A program made the position numbers and the translations under genes. From Trichormus sp. ATA11-4-KO1 (lineage in GTDB: Bacteria > Cyanobacteriota > Cyanobacteriia > Cyanobacteriales > Nostocaceae): 19,863 nucleotides of DNA. The stretch lies in NCBI GenBank assembly GCA_019358915.1, contig JAHHIM010000054.1:1-19863 (forward strand), read 5' to 3'. Of the stretch, positions 13,482-19,863 are shown one piece after another; position 1 is the stretch's first letter, and each line of letters begins with the position of its first letter. A model generated the notes under the pieces. That model was given only the letters and a program-made list of their open reading frames with translations, was not told the DNA's origin and did no database searches.

Positions 13482-15002
13482 ATGAGTATTTCAATTAGAC
13501 CTGACGAAATCAGCAGCATTATCCAGCAGCAAATCGAGCAATACGACCAAGAAGTCAAAGTGGCTAATGTCGGTACCGTCCTGCAAGTGGGTGACGGTAT
13601 TGCCCGGATCTATGGTCTAGAAAAGGCTATGGCTGGGGAACTATTAGAATTTGAAGACGGTACAGTTGGCATCGCCCAAAACTTAGAAGAAGACAACGTG
13701 GGCGCAGTGCTCATGGGTCAAGGTCTGAACATTCAAGAAGGTAGCTCTGTGACTGCTACTGGTAAAATTGCTCAGGTTCCCGTTGGTGAAGCCTTAATTG
13801 GGCGGGTTGTAGATGCCTTGGGTCTTCCCATTGACGGTAAAGGAGAAATCAAAACTACAGAGAGTCGTTTGATTGAATCTCCCGCACCCGGTATCATTGC
13901 TCGTCGCTCTGTACACGAACCCATGCAAACGGGAATCACAGCTATCGACTCCATGATTCCCATCGGTCGGGGTCAACGGGAATTAATCATTGGTGACCGT
14001 CAAACCGGCAAAACGGCGATCGCCATTGACACCATCATCAACCAAAAATCCGAAGATGTAATTTGTGTCTACGTTGCCGTTGGTCAAAAAGCATCCACCG
14101 TTGCCAACGTGGTGCAAACCCTACAAGAAAAAGGCGCAATGGATTACACCATTGTCGTCGCCGCTAACGCCAGTGACCCAGCTACACTACAATATCTAGC
14201 TCCTTACACCGGAGCTACCATAGCTGAGTACTTCATGTACAAAGGCAAAGCTACCTTGGTGGTCTATGACGACCTTTCCAAGCAAGCCCAAGCTTATCGC
14301 CAAATGTCCCTGCTGCTACGTCGTCCACCCGGACGGGAAGCTTACCCTGGAGATGTTTTCTACATCCACTCCCGCTTGTTGGAACGAGCAGCTAAATTGA
14401 GTGATGAACTGGGTAAAGGAAGTATGACTGCCCTGCCAATCATCGAAACTCAAGCTGGCGACGTTTCGGCATATATTCCCACCAATGTAATTTCTATTAC
14501 CGATGGTCAGATATTCTTATCTTCTGACTTGTTCAACGCTGGTATCCGTCCCGCAGTTAACCCCGGTATTTCTGTATCCCGTGTAGGTTCGGCGGCACAA
14601 ACCAAGGCAATGAAAAAAGTTGCCGGTAAGATTAAATTGGAACTAGCGCAATTTGACGACCTGCAAGCCTTCGCGCAATTTGCTTCCGATTTGGATAAAG
14701 CCACTCAAGACCAATTGGCACGGGGTCAAAGGTTGCGGGAACTACTCAAGCAGCCACAAAATGCTCCTCTGTCAGTATATGAGCAAGTAGCAATCCTATA
14801 TGCTGGTATTAATGGTTACTTGGATGATATCCCTGTAGATAAAGTAACCACCTTTACCAAAGGTTTGCGAGAGTATTTAAAGACAGGCAAGCCTCAGTAC
14901 ACCGACTCCGTAAAAACCAAGAAGGTACTAGGTGACGAAGAAGAAACTGCCTTGAAGGAAGCACTAACTGAATACAAAAAGACCTTCAAAGCAACAGCAT
15001 AA
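13482..15002 (+). CDS. atpA: ATP synthase F1 alpha subunit
   Basis: 506 aa; Walker A GDRQTGKT and [13 protein letters not shown]. Confidence 0.99.
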   Translation: MSISIRPDEISSIIQQQIEQYDQEVKVANVGTVLQVGDGIARIYGLEKAMAGELLEFEDGTVGIAQNLEEDNVGAVLMGQGLNIQEGSSVTATGKIAQVPVGEALIGRVVDALGLPIDGKGEIKTTESRLIESPAPGIIARRSVHEPMQTGITAIDSMIPIGRGQRELIIGDRQTGKTAIAIDTIINQKSEDVICVYVAVGQKASTVANVVQTLQEKGAMDYTIVVAANASDPATLQYLAPYTGATIAEYFMYKGKATLVVYDDLSKQAQAYRQMSLLLRRPPGREAYPGDVFYIHSRLLERAAKLSDELGKGSMTALPIIETQAGDVSAYIPTNVISITDGQIFLSSDLFNAGIRPAVNPGISVSRVGSAAQTKAMKKVAGKIKLELAQFDDLQAFAQFASDLDKATQDQLARGQRLRELLKQPQNAPLSVYEQVAILYAGINGYLDDIPVDKVTTFTKGLREYLKTGKPQYTDSVKTKKVLGDEEETALKEALTEYKKTFKATA

Positions 15003-15005
15003 GTG

Positions 15006-15125
15006 AAGTGCTGAGTGCTAAGTGCTGAGTGCTGAGTAAAACAGAAGTTAGAAGTTAAACGCTAATTTCTTTTAGATTCAGCATTCAATACTTGTAGCCA
15101 CTCAAAACTCAGGACTAAGGACTTA
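15006..15125. repeat. STRR (AGTGCTG)n array with a degenerate inverted arm after atpA
   Basis: agtgctg-agtgcta-agtgctg-agtgctg followed by ctcaaaa-ctcagga-ctaagga. Confidence 0.8.
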
Positions 15126-15137
15126 AAACTTAAAAAT

Positions 15138-16085
15138 ATGGCTAATCTCAAAGCAATACGCGATCGCATTCAGTCGGTCAAAAACACCAAAAAAATCACA
15201 GAAGCCATGCGGCTAGTGGCGGCGGCTAGAGTCCGTCGCGCTCAAGAACAGGTCACAGCCACCCGTCCCTTTGCTGATCGCTTGGCACAAGTACTGTATG
15301 GCTTGCAAACTCGTCTACGGTTTGAAGATGTAGACTTACCTCTACTAAAAAAACGGGAAGTTAAGACAGTTGGGCTGCTGGTAATTTCAGGCGATCGCGG
15401 TTTGTGTGGCGGTTACAATACTAATGTGATCCGTCGGGCCGAAAACCGCGCCAAAGAACTCCAAGCAGAAGGTGTAGCTTACAAATATGTGCTGGTAGGA
15501 CGCAAAGCCATCCAGTACTTCCAACGACGTAACCAACCCATTGACGGTACCTACACTGGTTTAGAGCAAATTCCTACCGCCGCAGAAGCTACGGAGATTG
15601 CCGATCAACTTCTTTCCTTGTTCCTCTCAGAAAGTGTAGACCGCATTGAGTTAATTTACACCAGATTTGTCTCCTTGGTTAGCTCCCGTCCCGTGGTGCA
15701 GACCCTGCTACCTCTTGATCCTCAAGGTCTGGAAGCAGCAGATGACGAAATCTTCCGCCTGACAACCCGTGGCGGTCAATTTGAAGTGGAACGGCAAAAA
15801 GTAACTAGTCAAGTCCGCCCTTTGCCCCGCGACATGATTTTTGAGCAAGACCCGGTGCAGATTCTCGATTCTCTACTGCCCTTGTATCTGAGTAACCAGT
15901 TATTGCGGGCATTACAAGAATCAGCAGCCAGTGAACTAGCAGCGCGGATGACAGCAATGAACAACGCCAGCGACAACGCCGGTGAATTGATTAAAACTCT
16001 GTCCCTGTCTTATAACAAAGCAAGACAAGCCGCCATAACCCAAGAACTTCTAGAGGTCGTGGGCGGTGCTGAAGCACTAACTTAG
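15138..16085 (+). CDS. atpG: ATP synthase F1 gamma subunit (cyanobacterial atpC)
   Basis: [32 protein letters not shown] and [10 protein letters not shown]. Confidence 0.99.
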   Translation: MANLKAIRDRIQSVKNTKKITEAMRLVAAARVRRAQEQVTATRPFADRLAQVLYGLQTRLRFEDVDLPLLKKREVKTVGLLVISGDRGLCGGYNTNVIRRAENRAKELQAEGVAYKYVLVGRKAIQYFQRRNQPIDGTYTGLEQIPTAAEATEIADQLLSLFLSESVDRIELIYTRFVSLVSSRPVVQTLLPLDPQGLEAADDEIFRLTTRGGQFEVERQKVTSQVRPLPRDMIFEQDPVQILDSLLPLYLSNQLLRALQESAASELAARMTAMNNASDNAGELIKTLSLSYNKARQAAITQELLEVVGGAEALT

Positions 16086-16110
16086 GGAATTGTTAATTGT
16101 TTAGTTATAA

Positions 16111-16284
16111 CCCTGTTTTGTCACTCTCGGAAAACAATAATCGAAGCCAAATTCTGAGACTTTGATTTAATCCAGGTTTGAGGCTTTATTTCCTAACAGA
16201 AACTAAAATTTATAGACAAAAAGTGGAAACTAAAGCCCCATAATTATTTGAGCGATTGGATTCTCCCAAAGTGACAAATGAGGG
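16111..16284. mobile_element. 174-bp MITE, probably IS701-derived
   Basis: Terminal inverted repeats CCCTGTTTTGTCACT and the reverse complement CCCTCATTTGTCACT (13/15). ATAA direct repeats flank it at 16107-16110 and 16285-16288. Confidence 0.75.
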
Positions 16285-16290
16285 ATAAAG

Positions 16291-16337
16291 AATAGCTAGT
16301 TGCTAGTTGTACTAATAATTAGCAATTGGCTATTTTT
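16291..16337 (+). terminator. Probable atp operon terminator
   Basis: AATAGCTAGTTGCTA pairs with TAGCAATTGGCTATT (two G-U pairs) and runs into a T-tract. Confidence 0.65.
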
Positions 16338-16498
16338 AGTATTGGACACTTTTAACTATTTATTGGTAAACGAAAAACCCGGCTCTGTCAGAAAGTGCAA
16401 AAAATTACTAGCATAATTCTTTAGATGTAACGATAAATTATGACCTACTCATGCTTAAAACTTATCAATAACAAGTGTTTGATTGACTTGAGTTTTTG

Positions 16499-16699
16499 TT
16501 ACATAGATAACTTTATATTCACTGAACCACTTATATTATTCTGAAAAATCAGAAAATTTGTAATAATTTTATTTTTCTCTTTATCCTTATCTTTAAATTT
16601 ATCGAAATCATCATCTTCATTATTATTAGGATTTCTTCCTCCAGATAAAAGTTCTTGTTTTGCTAAAGGTAAGTCAGAAAGTAAAAATTGATTAAACAT
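16499..16699 (-). CDS. Small peptide with a double-glycine leader (bacteriocin/RiPP-precursor-like)
   Basis: Leader MFNQFLLSDLPLAKQELLSGG; AAGGAA RBS 7 nt upstream; 66 open codons in very AT-rich DNA. Confidence 0.7.
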   Translation of the reverse strand: MFNQFLLSDLPLAKQELLSGGRNPNNNEDDDFDKFKDKDKEKNKIITNFLIFQNNISGSVNIKLSM

Positions 16700-16841
16700 A
16701 AATTAATTCCTTGATTTAATAATTTTATTTCTGTATTAGATGTTAATTTTATAAAATAAATTTTTCCGAATTAACCTATCTAAAGTTATAAAATTAACTT
16801 GTATCTTTCAGGGTAATAAAATCATTCTCTGACTACAAAAA

Positions 16842-17606
16842 ATGACACTGACAACATACGGACCTTTATGTACGGAAGTTTATGACATAACCAAGCCCAT
16901 TGATGGAGATTATCCCGATGTTCCCTATTACATTCGACATCTTTCTCAAATCGGCGGCAAAATTCTTGAGGTCATGGTGGGGACGGGAAGATTACTCATA
17001 CCACTATTAGAAGCTGGTATCAATGTTGAGGGTATTGATGCTTCACCAGATATGCTTGCTGCTTGTCAAAAGAACTGTGTAGCACGGGGGCTGAATCCAG
17101 CTCTGTATCAAGGTAGTGTAGAAAATCTTGACCTTTCTGGCAAGTTCAACGCCATTATCGTTACCTTTGGCTCATTTATGTTGTTAGAAAAGCGAGAGGT
17201 TGCTGTTGCAGCCTTACAGGCTTTTGCTCGACACTTGGAACCGCAAGGGCGTATCTTTATGGATTTGGAAATACCTATTGAAGATTTTAAAACCGAGAAT
17301 ATCGTTCAACAGCGATCGCCTATTAACTGCCCTGATGGATCAATTATTCTACTGCAATCTACATCTCAGATAGATTGGCTCAATCAACTGAATAAAACTG
17401 TCATTCGCTACGAAAAATGGCAAAACGGTCAACTCATAGCCACAGAGTTACAACACTTTCCCCTGCATTGGTTCGGGCGCGATGAATTTATCATGTTGTT
17501 ACAAAACAACGGCTATAAAGATATAACTTTGTGTGCTAATTATACTGAAGGAGTACAGCCCACCTCGTATCAAGACACCCTGTCTTTTTCCGCAACACTG
17601 GCATGA
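16842..17606 (+). CDS. Class I SAM-dependent methyltransferase
   Basis: ILEVMVGTGRLLIPL, GIDASPDML and HLEPQGRIFMD motifs; 254 aa. Confidence 0.92.
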   Translation: MTLTTYGPLCTEVYDITKPIDGDYPDVPYYIRHLSQIGGKILEVMVGTGRLLIPLLEAGINVEGIDASPDMLAACQKNCVARGLNPALYQGSVENLDLSGKFNAIIVTFGSFMLLEKREVAVAALQAFARHLEPQGRIFMDLEIPIEDFKTENIVQQRSPINCPDGSIILLQSTSQIDWLNQLNKTVIRYEKWQNGQLIATELQHFPLHWFGRDEFIMLLQNNGYKDITLCANYTEGVQPTSYQDTLSFSATLA

Positions 17607-17650
17607 ACTCAAATTTTATCATCACACCACACAATTCCTCAACCAAGTAT

Positions 17651-17656
17651 TATAAT
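17651..17656 (+). promoter_or_regulatory. -10 box of ssrA
   Basis: Perfect TATAAT 16 nt before the mature tmRNA 5' end. Confidence 0.6.
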
Positions 17657-17672
17657 TGAAATATGAAGACAT

Positions 17673-18063
17673 GGGTCCGTAACGGTTTCGACAGGTTGGC
17701 GAACGCTGCTCTGTGATTCAGGTCGAGAGTGAGTCTCCTCTCGCAAATCAAAGGCTCAAAAAAAAAGTAAATGCGAATAACATCGTAAAATTTGCTCGTC
17801 GGGAAGCTCTAGTAGCTGCCTAAAACGCCTCTTACAGGTTCGAGCGTCTCTAGTTTGACTCCGTTAAGGACTAGAGACCAACCCCCAACGGACGCTCTAA
17901 CAAGTGTTCTCTGGTTGGCTTGTTAGCTAAGACTTAATCAGAGCATCCTACGTTCGGGATAATGAACGATTCCCGCCTTGAGGATTAGAAAGGCTAAACC
18001 TGTGAATGAGCGGGGGGTCAATACCCAATTTGGACAGCAGTTCGACTCTGCTCGGATCCACTA
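17673..18063 (+). ncRNA. ssrA: tmRNA (one-piece); tag ANNIVKFARREALVAA at 17773-17823
   Basis: 5' GGGTCCG pairs with 3' CGGATCC (G3.U pair), discriminator A at 18060, GGTTTCGAC near the 5' end, T-arm AGCAG-TTCGACT-CTGCT, and a cyanobacterial-type tag ending in AA. Confidence 0.98.
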
Positions 18064-18069
18064 ATAATT

Positions 18070-18117
18070 AAAAACAAATCCACCAAGCAGTTATGTGTTT
18101 AGGTGGATTTTGTTTTG
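18070..18117 (+). terminator. Hairpin terminator after ssrA
   Basis: AAAACAAATCCACC...GGTGGATTTTGTTTT inverted repeat. Confidence 0.7.
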
Positions 18118-18137
18118 CTGTGTAGATAAATGACATT

Positions 18138-18451
18138 CATGACACCATCTTGGATATCGGGACAGAAAAGATTTTGTGTGGAAAAACTAGCTAGAAGAGC
18201 GAGGATTTCAGGTAAGCTAACAAAAACCGGAAAAATTTAACAGGGGTACATGAATGGCCAGGAGAAGACCCAAACCGGAAGCTGCATCAGAAAATATTTG
18301 GGAGTGTAGACAGCAAGACTGTCACAGTTGTGGTCAAGCAATGTGGCATCGTGACGTGAGAACCCTTAAGGGAGTGGTGCAACTACGCTTAAAAATCCGG
18401 CGCTGCCAAAATCCAGTATGTGAGAGCTTTCGACTAATTAGGCAAATTTGA
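18138..18451 (+). mobile_element. Truncated IS remnant with a transposase N-terminal fragment (ORF 18254-18451; ISNCY-like)
   Basis: MARRRPKPEA...CHSCGQAMW...VRTLKGVVQLRLKIRRCQNPVC is a zinc-ribbon N-terminus typical of a cyanobacterial transposase group; only 65 aa remain. Confidence 0.7.
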
Positions 18452-18491
18452 CAGTTTCTACGTGCTCAGATTTTCGGCAAATTTCGCACTT

Positions 18492-19035
18492 TTATGCCTT
18501 ATTTGCAGTCATTTTTCCCTGCCAGCAAACTCGCTGAAATTGTCCAATTTCTAGGCAATTTTCCGGGAAATTAACTTCTTGACCATCTACCCAGGCTTGT
18601 TGAACTTCTACACCGTGAAAGTGGAGTTGAACTGTGTTGTCAGGAAACACATAATTTCCTTGTTGCTGCCATGTGAGTTCTAAAATATCGCGATCGCGCT
18701 TGAGATAAAATTCATCTAATCGCCACGGGCCATATCCATCACCAGCAGCGCTATAAACTCGACCTTTACCAGTTAAAGTCACAGGCGCATAGATGTGCAG
18801 TATTAGTTGCTGATTTACCGACATTGGCAGAATGCTCCCCGCCTTTACAAGTAAAGGTATCTGCTACCTTGAGTGTCGCACTGGAGATCACCCAGCAATC
18901 GCCTGTCTGCGGAAATTTTACTGCAACTTCTGGCCAATCTGAACGAGCGATCGCATAGGGAATAGAAATTACTCCAGGTTGCCAATTAATGCGAACTAAA
19001 TCATCAGACAGAAAGCAAATTTCCAGTTCTACATT
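18492..19035 (-). pseudogene. GH31 alpha-glucosidase remnant with the catalytic core deleted
   Basis: N-terminal fragment ELEICFLSDDLVRINWQPG...WVISS (19035 to about 18864) abuts, in another frame, the C-terminal QIPLLVKAGSILPM...YSAAGDGYGPWRLD. Confidence 0.8.
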
Positions 19036-19062
19036 TCTGTTACTTCAATTTTGCTGGAAAAT

Positions 19063-19737
19063 TTATCGCTCCAAGGCTTGAATGGCGTTGTCATACTGCT
19101 CCTGGACTTGCTTGCGGTCTTGTGTTTCTGGCAAGCTCTTATGGCTACCACGTTCAATCATGTCAGCATGATGCCGTAGAACTTCGCGATATTGGGGATT
19201 TTGGGTGTAAGTAGCAACTAAAGCGATCGCTTCTAGTAAATGAATAGTCACAGATGCATCAGATTGACCATACTGCCTAATTTGGTTAAAAGCTTGATCG
19301 ACTATCCCCTCAAAATCTACCGCTTGAGCAATTACCCTCAATTGGTTCTCATCATCGTAGCGGTAGGGTGAAGGAAATTGCCTTTGTACTAGATAACACA
19401 GTCCTGCACCCAAACGATCAATACATCGGATGGCAGTGAACGGATCATTGATTCCTGGAGAAATAGCGCGGAGAGCAATTTCCACTAACTGTTGGATAGG
19501 AAATTCTATATCTTGCTGTTCCGTACGTTCCTTACCCACAATAAATATTTGTTGCAGTTTTTGGTTAAGTTTGTGATTTACTCGTTCACTAGGCCAGATC
19601 GTTACTAGGTCACTACCCTTGACAATAAACTTCCCCGGTCGATATTTAACATAAATTAAAATATCGTATTGACGAGCAATCTTTAACAATTTTTCATCAT
19701 TAATTGCTTGTAAATAACCATTTTTTTTGACTTTAAT
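19063..19737 (-). pseudogene. DUF2254-family protein, C-terminal half only
   Basis: GYLQAI, ERTEQQDIEF, QLVEIALRAISPGINDPFTAIRCID and AFNQIRQYG motifs. The upstream in-frame sequence does not resemble the family. Confidence 0.65.
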
Positions 19738-19863
19738 AGACCCATCCTGAAACTCGCAAGCCAATATAGACAAGGCTTTGAGACCAGTCCTTGCAGATTC
19801 TGTTTCAACGTATAAATCAGGCTTTGATATAGTTACTGATAGTTTAGAGCAGGAAAATACATA
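19738..19863. mobile_element. Possible IS end interrupting the DUF2254 gene
   Basis: AGACCCATCCTGAAACTC begins where DUF2254 similarity stops and is followed by AAGCC-N11-GGCTT, a subterminal-like inverted motif. The other end is not visible. Confidence 0.4.

Noticed and set aside
15138..16085. Gamma subunit lacks the redox Cys pair
   Set aside because: The Cys pair is chloroplast-specific, so its absence is expected.
16746..16800. Palindromes ATTTTATAAAAT and AAGTTA-N6-TAACTT as operators
   Set aside because: They are readily explained by chance in very AT-rich DNA.
18431..18491. GGCAAATTT direct repeat as an att site or target duplication
   Set aside because: It has no similarity to the ssrA 3' end and does not flank a recognisable element.

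Overview
Heterocystous-cyanobacterium (Nostocales-type) chromosomal segment; at least 12 HIP1 GCGATCGC sites and STRR heptamer repeats support this. The conserved core is the apcE-apcA-apcB-apcC allophycocyanin operon (- strand), cpcM, the atp1-a-c-b'-b-delta-alpha-gamma ATP synthase operon (+ strand) and the tmRNA gene ssrA. Much of the accessory DNA around it is decayed or mobile. It includes a GT4 glycosyltransferase cut by an IS50/Tn5-like IS4 element, a truncated ComB-like gene, an IS701-like MITE after atpG, a transposase remnant after ssrA, a GH31 gene lacking its catalytic core, and a 5'-truncated DUF2254 gene. The best candidate for an undescribed system is a 66-aa double-glycine-leader peptide gene divergent from a SAM methyltransferase next to ssrA. 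Family assignments come from recognition of sequence motifs, not from database searches.
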